In this document: in pieces, positions 39,184 to 50,375 of the stretch | Position numbering within the stretch: position 1 is the first letter of the stretch | Layout: each line of letters begins with the position of its first letter | NCBI GenBank assembly: GCA_038087875.1 | Contig: CM075988.1 | Span: forward strand, 12,774,001-12,838,000 | Source of the DNA: Malacoraja senta | Taxonomy: Eukaryota | Reading direction: 5' to 3' | DNA: 64,000 nucleotides | The notes under the pieces: model-generated | Seen by the model: the letters and a program-made list of their open reading frames with translations, nothing else | Database searches by the model: none | What the model was told of the DNA's origin: nothing | Position numbers and translations under genes: made by a program

Positions 39184-40420
39184 ATGGATAGCCCCGCCGT
39201 ATGGATGATGGCAACGTGGTTCTGGGGGAGGAAAATGCGGTGGTAGGATCGGGGCTGCACGAAGAGGTGGCAATGACTCTACATCTAAAAGAAATCATAG
39301 CACAATTGGAGACACATACAAAAACGATAAACGCTTTGATTAAAGAGGACCGGAATGCGTCCGATCAGGCTGTACAGAATGAGGTGTGTGGGCTGTATGG
39401 TGCGTGGTTGTTGGGGGAGGGGAGGAGCAACCTGGAAGACCTGAGGCAAGGTCGGGTCCCCTCCTGGATAAGCAACCAGCACCTAGCAGCGCTACACCCT
39501 TATAACAGCACTTTGAGTCCTTGTCAGCTTCGTGTGGCCTCCGAGGCCTACCCGGTACCAGTGGATTGTGGAAAGTCCAATCACACCATAATGGGAGTGG
39601 TCGTAAGAATCCCGGTGATGGGAACCTCGGCACGACCAGCTCCTCTGTACCGAGTGGAGAACGTGGGAGTTGTTCGTGGGGAGGTGCATATTCGCTATGG
39701 GAAGTTCCCGCCTTATGTCATAGTGAGGGAGCAAGCTGTGACAGGCATTGACCTTTTGGGTTGTCGGAGCCGGGGAGCACATGGGCGCCAAGGCTAGGCC
39801 TCAGTGTGGGTTCAGGACTGTTGGGGCACAGCCTATAAACTGTACCATGGAGGCGATGGCGGCAGACCATGTCCCTCCACAGGTGGCGTATATAGGCCGT
39901 GGGACATACTGTGTCACCACAAGTGCCCAGCGGTATCAGCACGGATCACAGCTGTGGTGCCCGATACCACACAGCAGCTTCTGTTTTAAACCCAGGGCAG
40001 AAGTCCATGTGGCACAGCAGCAAATATTACCCATCCCGGAACCTTCTTCGGTTCACCTCTCGGTATGAGAAAATGTAACGGACTTATGTAACTATGTGGC
40101 CCAATTCGGGTATGATATTCCCCCAGTGAAGGAAAAATTAAAAGAGTTGCTGGCGGCGGTCGAGTTGTCGCACAAACACTTCTTCTCCCTGGAACAAAAG
40201 ACACTGGATATCGCCAGGGAGATCGAAGAAATCAAGTCTCCAAGTTGGTGGGACCTGGAGTCCTGGATCGTAGTTCCAGCATGGGTCCGCATCGTGTCCC
40301 ATGTTCTGATCATCTGCCAGATGATAATTGTGGTGTATTTGCTATGCATTAATTGCAAATTTAAAAGGCGGAGGAGGATGGCCAAATTACAACAGCTGGT
40401 AAATCGAGCCATAGCTGTAA
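39184..40420 (+). pseudogene. env: env remnant, class I fusion (F-glycoprotein-like) protein with HR1, Cys-rich domain, HR2 and TM; N-terminal part apparently deleted
   Basis: ORF pieces 39201-39797, 39748-40068 and 40096-40542. Amphipathic helix LHLKEIIAQLETHTKTINALI; GVVVRIPVM..LYRVENVG; Cys-rich segment; HR2 LKELLAAVELSHKHFFSLEQKTLDIAREIEEI; TM IVSHVLIICQMIIVVYLLCI followed by KFKRRRR. Confidence 0.78.
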
Positions 40421-40726
40421 CGACACCTCGGCACTGTAAAATGTCTGTACTCTATTGCAATGGTTTTCGTACGTATGTTGTGTTCCCTGCATTTTCAGGG
40501 AACGGTCGTGATGGTACTGTATGGTTTGTGGGATTGATTTAAAGTAAAACGTGTATAGTGTAAGTTAATGTGCTTCAAGGGTCTAGTTTAACAATTAAGG
40601 GGTCTTTCGGGGTACATAATTTCACAATCTCGACAGGGGTGTTTACAACTCTTGAGGCTGGAGGAGTTGCCCACTAACTTTGTCAATCAATACGGTCCGT
40701 GCAAGCCTGGACGTATCGTAGGGGCA

Positions 40727-41729
40727 TGTAAGTTATTGGGGGCAAATCTTCCAAAAGATTATGGAAGAACTCGGGGATAAGGACCTGGACATTTTAAAAC
40801 AGACTTGCTGGCTGCAAAGGAAAAAAAAACAATCCACAAAGGAAGAACCAGTTTAAAACCTGTCTGTGGGCCTGGGCATTACATGGTGTGAACAGGAAAG
40901 GCCTGGACGGAGATAACGAGATTATCTTGGAAAGACAAAGGAAGGAACCGAGCCTCAGCAGACGGGGGTAAACAGCCCAGCAACAAGACAATCACCATCG
41001 TGGATGACCCATCCATCTGGAAAATGGGAGCCCATCCAGGTGATGGGATAACGATCAGGTTGAGGCATCATGCCTTCAGCAAACCCATTATCATCGGAAG
41101 CCTATTGTTCATGCCAGATCGAAACTGGGAATCATCGAAAGACCCTTTTGTCCAGAGGACCACCTGGGAGGTTTCAAGGGAGAAACTCAGGTATAAAAGG
41201 GACTGTCAAGCAAGGTTTCGCTCTCTTTTCTGCTCTGTTGGATGACTCCTGACCCTGCATCGATCTAGCTGTAAGTACCCCAGACGACCTGGTGAAGTTC
41301 CCGAAAATAGGATAGAGGTTGAGAGAAGAAGGGGAAAGGGAGTGTATTTGTAAAATTGTGTAAAGTAAGTTTTTACGACATGCCCGATAATTATCTTTCC
41401 ATAGTCTTAGTTTAAAGCATAGGTTTAGTCACGTATTATGTGGAGTTGGTGAGATTCGATTTCTCATTTGTTCAGTAAAGCGTTTACATTTTAGACTTGC
41501 TTTGAGTCCGGCTTGGTTTCTGTTTTCTCTCATCAGCACGCTCTGGCCAAGTCAACCTTTTATCATATCCCACCATAATTCTGAGGTCTAGAACCCAGGG
41601 GAACCCTTTTTCTGTATTCTCTCTTGGGAACCGCTCGAGTGGAGTGGTGGCCGTTTGACCCACCGACAAGGGAGAGAATCACTCGGGCAGTTGGGCCCGA
41701 AGTGAAGCAAAGGGAACAAAACCCGTACA
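40727..41729 (+). repeat. 3' LTR (~1 kb): TATA 41192-41198, splice donor 41271, polyA signal AGTAAA 41474-41479
   Basis: The 3' end TACA is fixed by comparison with the 5' copy. The 5' end is inferred from TGTA after a short purine run (aggggca), giving TGTA...TACA termini, so the start is less certain. Confidence 0.7.
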
Positions 41730-42470
41730 CTTTCATAGGTCGGGGCATTGAGTATAAGAGTCAGGAAGTCGTGATGCAGCTTTATAGGACTTCAGTTAGG
41801 CTGCATTTGGAGTATTGTGTGCAGTTCCGGTTGCCCCATTACAGGAAGGATGTGGAGGATTTGGAAAGGGTACAGAGGAGGTTTACCAGAATGATACCTG
41901 CATTTCAGAATATTAACCAAAGAAAGAGGTTGGATTATTTTCTCTGGTACGCCGGAGGTTATGGAAAGGCCAGATAGAAGTATATCAAATTATGAGTGCC
42001 ATAGAGAGGGTAGACAGTCAATGTATTTCTCCCAGAATGGAAAAATCAAATACTGGAGGGCATAGCATTAAGATAAGAGGGGCAAAGTTTGAAAGAGATA
42101 TGGAGGTGTTTTTTACACAGATAGTGGTGAGTGCCTGTAATATGCTACCAGTGGTGGTGGTTGAAGCAAATAGGTTAGTGGCATTTAACAAGCATTCGGA
42201 TCGGCACATGGATTTGCAGGGAATGGAGGAATATGGGTTATGTGTAGGTAAATCAGTGTTGGTCTTATCATGGTGGATATTAATTTGTGTTTATTGTGTG
42301 TTTTGTCATTTATTATTATATGTATGACTGCAGGCAACGAAATTTTGTTCAGACCGAAAGGTCTGAATGACAAATAAAGGAATCTCTAATCTCTAATCTC
42401 TAATGTTTGGCACAGGCATCAGGCATTGTGGACTGAAGGCCCGGTTCGCGAGCTGTACTGTTCTATGTTC
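41730..42470 (+). mobile_element. CR1/HER1 LINE 3' fragment (the ERV target; 5' part at ~32458-32561)
   Basis: Encodes FIGRGIEYKSQEVVMQLYRTSVRLHLEYCVQF...ERVQRRFTRMIP, homologous to the CR1 ORF2 C-terminus at 8251-9072. Confidence 0.88.
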
Positions 42471-43230
42471 AATGAAAATTGACCAGTCAAATAATCAACA
42501 GAAAGGGCCTGCTTCATTTGTGGAACATATTTAAATATGGCAAGAATGTAGGCACTGCCTTATGAATGTTAGATAGAATGAATGAAATGAGTTGCAACAA
42601 AGGAATCTCACGGTAACCTTCTGCTGCAGATGGTTTATATTGAAATGCCAAATGCAGAATTTGTTGCCTCTGTCATAGTGTAGTTCCATATTCCAACCTG
42701 AGCACAATGAATAGGTTGACTATAATCTCCCATTCTTTTCACGGATCATTGCTTGGGACAACACTAGTTATTAAATCTTTCTGCAAGGCAGACTGTGATT
42801 TATTGTGATTGTAAAATGGTATATTTTGCTTATGGACATATTGTTTGGCTTCAATGCTTTTATCTGTTCTACTCATAAAATCCTGGCATATATGGTCAAT
42901 AAATATATAATAAACGGCACATATCAGAATAATAATCAAAAGTCTAGTGGAAGCCTCATCTTTTGGACACAGCACACTATAGAATAACAGTGTTTCTATG
43001 CCTCGGTTCAATCATTACCTATCTGAGTTGCTTCAGTGGAGCCTGTGCTTATTACAGTGCATGTCTGTGCCAATTGTGCAAAATCAGCAATTTATACTCT
43101 GATGATGACCATTCAATATCTACCTAATGCAAACCATTCTTCCTAAAAGATGACTGTTGAGAATTTTACGTGTGGGAAGAAACTGCAGATACTGGTTTAA
43201 AATGAAGATTGACACAAAAAGCTGGAGTAA

Positions 43231-43518
43231 AGAGCCTGTCCCACTTGGTGATTTTTTCGGCGACTGCCGGCATCATTGACTGACATATCATGTCATCGAA
43301 AAATACGTGGCGTGATGCGGCGTGACGATGTATGACGTGGAGGTGACGCGGCGTGATGACGTATGACGCGGTGGTGAGGCGACGTGATGACGTATGACGC
43401 TGCGGTGTTTTTTCAAGTGTCGCAACCACTTTTTTGTCGCCGCTGGATTTTGAAATGTTCAAAATCTTTTGGCGACACTGAAATGACGCCGGCAAAATCG
43501 CCAAGTGGGACGGGCCCT
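43231..43518. mobile_element. PIF/Harbinger-type MITE nested in a Penelope-derived fold-back repeat
   Basis: taa|AGAGCCTGTCCCACTTGG...CCAAGTGGGACGGGCCCT; internal (tgacg) repeats. Confidence 0.75.
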
Positions 43519-43740
43519 TTCGCTCAGCGGGACAGACAGCATTTCTGGAAAGAATGAATGGGTGACGTTTCGGATGCAAGCTATTGCAACATCACCCATT
43601 CCTTCTCTCCAGGGATGCTGCCTGTCCCGCTGAGATACTCCAGCTTTTTGTGGCTATCTTTTGTTGAGAGTTTTCAGTGTGTTCTATTTCTTAGATCAAT
43701 ACAGTCCAAAAACTCTCATCGAAACCTACGTTAGTTGTTA

Positions 43741-44148
43741 AACATAGAAACATAGAAAATAGGTGCAGGAGGAGGTCATTCGGCCCTTCGAGCCAGCACC
43801 TGCCATTCGTTGTGATCATGGGCGAACGTCCCCAATCAAAAACCCCATATCCCTTGACTCCACTAGCCCCTAGAGCTCTATCTAACTCTCTCTTAAATCC
43901 ATCCAGTGATTTGGCCTCCACTGCCCTCTGTGGCAGGGAATTCCACAAATTCACAACTCTCTGGGTGAAAACGTTTTTCCTCACCTCAGTCTTAAATAGC
44001 CTCCCCTTTATTCTAAGACTGTGGCCCCTGGTTCTGGACTCGCCCAACACTGGGAACATTTTTCCTGCATCTAGCTTATCCAGTCCTTTTATAATTTTAT
44101 AGGTTTCTATAAGATTCCCCCTCATCCTTCTAAACTCCAGTGAATACA
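43741..44148 (-). mobile_element. CR1/HER1 LINE 3' fragment
   Basis: ORF 43691-44149 YSLEFRRMRGNLIETYKIIKGLDKLDAG; (ctatgttt)n tail. Confidence 0.9.
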
Positions 44149-44759
44149 ACTCGTATAATTGTGGATCGAATGAGATGAAACTAAAATCTTCCGCAACCCT
44201 GTTACGGAAGTATTGCCTTTAATGCAGAGTTCTCATGTTTTAATTTTTTGTCAAACATAAAACAAACTTGCTGCTTCTTCACAGTTTTTATTTCCAAATC
44301 AAGAGAAGGATGGCTCTGATTTCAGCTTCGAAGCAGCCAGGCACCTCTTTTCCCTCTGTGAGGTGCAAATGACTGGCAGCTTTTATTTCTTGTTTCAGGC
44401 CTTTGTATGAAGGTTATAGGCTCGCTGATGCTATCTGCCACTTTGCCTCATGAAATATTTAACCCGAGGTCTGCATGTTGGAGCAGATAGGTTGCAGTTT
44501 GTTTTATTCATGGTGAGAGACTCATGGAAGATGCCTTGCAATCTCGACTCGCAAGAGGCTGACTCCATTACCTGCTTCCTTTAGATAACCAGTGTTAATT
44601 CCACCTTATCTGCAATGGCTGGGTTTTTTTAAAACTAGCTTCTGTCAAAGATGGTCATGAGTTGAAAGCAATAATGGTATCAGCTCAACAATTTTCCAAC
44701 TTCAAACCAACATTCAGAATTTTCCGGGATTTAACTACATTGTATCAAATGTCATTATT

Positions 44760-45150
44760 TAGAGTGTCACAGAGTCATGTAGCATGGGAGCAGGCCCTTC
44801 AGCCCAACTTCCCATGCTGACCAAGATGCTCCATCTATACCAGTCCCACCTGCTCACATTTTGCCCCACATCCCTCCAAACCTTTCCTATCAATGTACCT
44901 GTCTTTTAAATGTTGTTCAAGTACCTGCCTCAACCACCTCCTCAGGCACCTCGTTCCATTCGACTACCACCTACATGAAAAATTTGCCGCTCAGGTTCCT
45001 ATTAAATCCTTCCCCTCTCACCTTAAATCTACATCCTCTGGTTCTTAGTTACTCTACTCTGGGTAAAAGACTGTGCATCTAACAATATCCATTCCCCTCA
45101 TGATCTTATACACCTCTGTAAGATCACCCCTCGTCCTCCTGCACCCCAAA
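44760..45150 (-). mobile_element. CR1 LINE 3' fragment
   Basis: RRTRGDLTEVYKIMRGMD. Confidence 0.75.
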
Positions 45151-45504
45151 GAAAAATACACAGATAACCACATTGCAATTATTTTGCTGAATTTCAAGTT
45201 TGCTTCTTTATCCACTGAACCTGCCTCACCTGTAAGTATCACAATTTGCTTTATTTCAGTCAGTATTTTTCATTCTTTATTTCAATTTCCATATTATATT
45301 TGAATCTAATTCACCAGTTACCAGATGTCCCACATGCCCCGTAGATCTCCCTGTGCTGTTATCCGCTCCCTTGTCTGCACAGTTCAGTCATGTATGGTCC
45401 TCGTGCCAGCAAGTTTCAGACGGACTGAAAGGATTTTTTCACCAGGGGTGATCGTCCAGTTGAAATTTATATACAACATGGTTTTGGAGGTGGAGGTTGA
45501 AGGT

Positions 45505-45830
45505 TGCAGGAAAAATGTTCCTGATGTTGGGGGAGTCCAGAACCAGGGGTCACAGTTTTAAGAATAAGGCCATTTACGACTGAGATGAGGAAAAACCTTT
45601 TCACCCAGAGAGTTGTGAATCAGTGGCATTGAAGGCCAATTCACATAAGGCAGTGGAGGCCAATTCACTTTTCAAGAGAGAGTTAGATTTAGCTCTTAGG
45701 GCTAACGGATATGGGGAAAAAGCGGGAACGGATACTGATTTTGGATGATCAGCCATGATCATAGTGAATGGTGGTGCTGGCTCAAAGGGCCAAATGGCCT
45801 ACTCCTGCACCTATTTTCTATGTTTCTATG
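45505..45830 (+). mobile_element. CR1/HER1 LINE 3' fragment
   Basis: Matches 8822-9171 including the tail. Confidence 0.85.
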
Positions 45831-46387
45831 TTAACACTACCCAATAATTGGGACATGCTCCATTCCAGCAAATTTTGTATTTTATATAATTGTTCTCTGC
45901 TTTTCGTCATCTTTATGATATATTTTAAAGTTAAAATGTGATGAGTTGATGAATGGCAAAGGGTCTAAGTTCAATTCAGCTGGAAGTCTGACATCGAAGA
46001 AGAAGTCAAACTATCTGAAGAAATTCTATAGGTTGGAGCCACTAGGCATAAGTTAGTCATCTTGCATTTCCCTGGTCATGATTTTTTTTTTAAATCATAT
46101 TTTTGCAATAATGTTGAATTGAATTGAATACATTTTATTAGCCAACTATATATACATACATACAAGGAATTTGCCTTGGTGCTTTGCTCGCAAGTAACAA
46201 CACGATGTTTCGGTTTTTGTACTTGTACATCCAAATCTAGCGGCAGTTCCTTGACGCAGTCAGTCAGGAGCTGCAGCTGAACACGGATGCTTTTGTGATC
46301 ACAGTCATATGGTAAAAATTGACTGGAATATTTATTATCTACATTGATGTGTAGTAACATTGCAACAATATTCTGTGAATCAGAGTT

Positions 46388-46830
46388 AACATAGAAACAT
46401 AGAAAATAGGTGTAAGAGTAGACCATTCTGCCCTCCGAGCCAGCACTGCCATTCAATATGATCATGGCTGAACATCCAAAATCAGTACCCGGTTCCCGCT
46501 TTTTCCCCATATCCCTTGATTCCGTTAGCTCTAAGAGCTAAGTCTAACCCTTTCTTGAAAACACCCAAGTGAATTGGCCTCCCCTGCCTTCTGTGGCAGA
46601 GAATTCCACAGATTTGCAACGCTCTGGGTTAAAAGGTTTGTCCTCATCTCAGTCCTAAATGGCCTACCCTTTATTCTTAAACCGTGACCCCTGGTTCTGG
46701 ACTCCCCCAACATCGGGAACATTTTTCCTGCATCTAGCCTGTCCAATCCCTAAAGAATTGTATATGTTTCTATGAGATTCCCCTCTCATCCTTCTGAATC
46801 CAATGAATATTAGCCCAGTCGATCCATTCT
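46388..46830 (-). mobile_element. CR1/HER1 LINE 3' fragment
   Basis: ORF 46531-46746 DRLDAGKMFPMLGESRTRGHGLRIKG. Confidence 0.88.
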
Positions 46831-47914
46831 TTGGTTAGCAAGATAATTAACAAATACGTCATTGCCTATCTTGAAATTATTTGGGATTGGCTGAAGATTT
46901 AATCTCACTGGAGATTGGAGGGAAGCTGCAGTGTAGTCAGACCTAATTGAACAAGCAGAGCCTTATTTCCAGCAGACTTGAGTCTGTCTTTCCTGCCCTG
47001 AGATTATTTTATTCCACTGGGCAGACACTTAAGATCGTGTGCTTGTCAATGTATAAAACATACATGTCAATTTCTGTCATTGGTGGAGACTTAATTGCAC
47101 CTAAAAATGACAAGTTAATATCATTGTTCATTTTAGTCATCCTTTCACAAGTTTGCTTTGTAAAAACCCCAAAGAGGTGAAGTCCCAATTTTATAACACC
47201 CATGGGCTAAGCTTAATGAAAACTGAAGAAAGTGCTTAGCTATTTGAGTGAGCAGTGAAGCAAGTTATTGTGTTATTGTGAGTTGCCAGTGGCCCATTCT
47301 CTCATTCTTGCTACGCCAGCATCAGGCAATCATATTTCTTCCGCCTTTCACTGAAAATGCTGCACAGAAGCACTCCTTTGAATATATAGAGAAGGCTGCA
47401 GCGTCCTTCCAGAATCAGATTCAGATTAGTTCATTGTCATACAGTATATGCCAGGGTACAATAAAATTCCTTGTTTGCGTGAAGCTCAGAGTATATCATA
47501 TATCTTGTAATAAAGTATAATAAGGTAATGTATATACATATACATATATATTACACTATATTACCAGGTATATTGTTTATATAAAACAGTCTGACGCAGG
47601 GTCCCGACCTGAAATGTCACCCATCCTTTTTCTCCAGAGAGGCTGCCTGACCCGCTGAGTTACTCCAGCACTTTGTGTCTACCTTCGGTATAAACTAGCT
47701 TCTGCAGTTCTTTTCCACACATACCTAGTAATGATGGATACAATAGTAAATAGGTGTCAAATGCAAAATGTTGTAAAGTATGTAGTGCAACCTGAAGTAG
47801 TGCAAAAACAATGTCTAAAGTGTAACAACAAAATGCTCTTGTTTTTTGAGTTAATATGAGTACGCCTTCTGGCCATTGAAGTCTGCTCCACCATTCAGCC
47901 AGAGGCTGATCTTC

Positions 47915-48216
47915 TAGTTTTAGTTACAGAGATACAGCATGGAAACAGACCCTTCGGCTGAGCAATGACCACCTGTACTAGTTTTATGTTATCCCAATTT
48001 TGCATCATATACACTAGGGGCAACTTACCGAAACCAATTAACCTACACACCTGCACGTGTTTGGGATGTGGGAGTACAATGGAGCATCCAGAGTAAATGC
48101 ACATGGTCACAGGGAAAATGTGCAATCTCCATATACACAGCACCCCACCTCAGTATCGAACCCAGGTCTCCAGCATTGTAGGTAACAACTCTACCGCTGC
48201 GCTATTGTGCCGCCCT
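47915..48216 (-). mobile_element. HE1-type V-SINE
   Basis: Minus strand gggcggcacaatagcgcagcggtagagttg...ctgggttcgatac. Confidence 0.78.
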
Positions 48217-48654
48217 TGATGAATATCTACTACTTTAGCTCTGTTTTCCTGGAATGCCCTATAATCCTATCAATGCAATCCAGGGGAAGATCAGATTGTG
48301 TTCCAATGTGGTCTTAATGTTAGCTTTTGACGGAATTTACATTCAATACAAGTGCCACAGGGTTTTGGTCTCAATTCTAACTGTTGTGGCCCACTTGATA
48401 TTTATTCTTCACTCAAGTTATAAAATGACAAAAGTGAAATACTGGAATTCTGTTATTAAAAACAAAATGTAAATGCTCAGCAAATACAGTAAATCCCCGT
48501 TTTTATGGACCCTTTTTAACTGATTTTGGTTATAGCGGACACACCTACCGATCTTCACCGCCAGGTCGGGCTGCCGACACCACCGCCAGTCCATAGCTTT
48601 CTCAGCCCCGTCCAGGCCGTGCCTGCTGCCACCACCACTGGCCCTCACAATCTC

Positions 48655-49190
48655 CCCAACCTTTCTGTCTTGGGCCTCCTCCATTGCCAGAGTGAGCCCA
48701 CATGCAAACTGATGGAACAGTACCTCATGTTCAGCTTGGGTAGCTTACAATCCAATGGTATGAACATTGAATTCTTCAATTTTAGATAAACCCCCCCCTC
48801 CCTTCACTTCTTCTCCCATCCCCTTTCTTTTCAACACCCCCCCCCATCCTCCTGTGCCCAATGTGAACTTGCACTTCTTTCTCCCCCCCCCCCCTGCCCT
48901 CACCCTCCACTTGTATTCCTTCCTCTAGCTTCACAATTCACAACTCTTCAATCCTTCTGTCTCACACCTCCTGTCTTTTTGTCTTTGGCATCTGTTCAAC
49001 CATCGGCCTGTCAAAACCCCCTCCATCCGTACCTACCCATGAGATACCAGGCTTTTTCTTGTCTCACCTCTCTTTTAGCTTTCTTTCCCCCTGTCCCCCA
49101 CACTCCCCCCCACCACATTCACCCAACCCATAATGTCACCTATCCATATTCTCCGGAAATGCTGTCTGACCCACTGAGTTACTCCAGCAG
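48655..49190 (+). mobile_element. Penelope-like element 3' fragment (GIY-YIG endonuclease C-terminus plus pyrimidine-rich UTR and terminal repeat)
   Basis: LSVLGLLHCQSEPTCKLMEQYLMFSLGSLQSNGMNIEF fits the PLE endonuclease end (E...I..L....P.G.N); followed by the same terminal sequence as the fold-back repeats. Confidence 0.75.
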
Positions 49191-49638
49191 TGGGGGGGGG
49201 GGGGGGTTCTCCCAATCAATAATCCAGCCCTTCAGTTCAGTTGCTTAACCACTGTGCGTCACTTATATGGCAAAACTTTGTTGGCCCTCCAGCATTTTCG
49301 TGTTATTTCTAGGCTCATTGACAAGAACTAAATACAGGAGATCTCTGTTTCAGCATCAGACAGCTTCAAATTTGTCAAACTGATTACTGAGGGAGTTGAC
49401 AGCTTATTAGCTGTACAAATGTTTGTTTGACACTGTGGTTAGATATGCAAACAATTTAAATAGAAAAGTTTTACAGCGGTAGTGAATAATTCCAAAATGT
49501 AGCTGGTAATTATTTAGTCAGCTCTGTGTAACCATATCACAGCTGTAAGAGATTGAAGAGCATTTAAAAAGATGTTGACTTGAATGGAGAATTAAGAATA
49601 GATTCCTTTTCATATCTCCCTTCGTTCTTTTCTTTCAG

Positions 49639-49773
49639 CCCGGGTTTTTGCCAGTGATGATGAATATTTGGAAATCACAGGAATTGTCAAGGAAGATGCT
49701 GGTGAATATGAATGCAGTGCCTATAACGACGTGTCATCTGCTGACATGCGGAAAGTAGAAGTAACAGTAAACT
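49639..49773 (+). CDS. Internal coding exon of an IgLON-family neural cell adhesion gene (NTM/OPCML/LSAMP/NEGR1 family), second half of Ig domain 2
   Basis: Polypyrimidine tract and acceptor (ttcgttcttttctttcag|) and donor |gtaagt; 135 bp, phase 1-1. Translation (x)[44 protein letters not shown] closely resembles the IgLON Ig2 C-terminal half (EYLEI.GI....G.YECSA.NDV...V.VTVNY). The paralog cannot be assigned from one exon; I did not find the neighbouring exons in the window. Confidence 0.88.
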
Positions 49774-50111
49774 GTAAGTGATTGCCACAGCTTTTTATCT
49801 TTCTGTGAGTTTTTGTCTTGTTCAAGGTAACAACAATGTCATTGCTGAGAATTACATGCTGCACAACCAGTGTCCTTTACATTGTCCACTAGAAGAGAGC
49901 TGCCTCTGAATGTAAAATGCATCTTCTTCGATCTACCTTAGCATCAGCCTTACAGTAGAAAAGTTCTTGACCAGACTGATCTGTTGGGAGAGTTTCTCCT
50001 CTCTACACTCCTAACCTGTTCACGTTGCTTCTGCTGAACGTTCTGTGACTTCATTCTTAGAGCTCTGGCACCGAAGCAGAATAACTCTAGAGATCTTTGT
50101 CCACATCCAAA

Positions 50112-50375
50112 TTTTAGTTGGTTTAACTTAAAGATACAGCATAGAAACAGGCCCTTCGGCCCTCCAAGTTCACGCCAACCAGCGATCACCCATACATTAG
50201 TGCTATCCTACGCACTGGGGACAATTTACCGAAGCCAATTAACCTACAAACTCTTTGGAAATGTGGGAGGAAACTTGAGCACCTGGAGAAAACCCACAGG
50301 GTCACAGAGAGAATGTGTGAACAGACAGCACCATAGTCAGGATCGAACCCAGGTTTCTGGCGCTGTATGGTAGCA
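50112..50375 (-). mobile_element. HE1-type V-SINE, interrupted by a CR1 3' fragment (+, ~50395-50620)
   Basis: ctgggttcgatcctgacta, V-domain and tail present. Confidence 0.7.

Larger units (their letters stand above)
32561..41729 (+). mobile_element. Degraded endogenous retrovirus, lokiretrovirus-like (partial 5' LTR-PBS-gag-pol-env-3' LTR)
   Basis: Terminal direct repeat (32561-32795 = 41495-41729) ending in TACA; PBS immediately after the 5' copy; gag with CCHC; PR (LLDTGAS), RT (YVDD), two RNase H-like domains, IN, env with TM; many stops and frameshifts; inserted in a CR1 fragment. Confidence 0.92.

Noticed and set aside
38624..39298. 224-aa antisense ORF across the pol-env spacer (possible antisense accessory gene)
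   Set aside because: No recognisable motif, and long antisense ORFs occur throughout this GC-rich element; conservation data would be needed.
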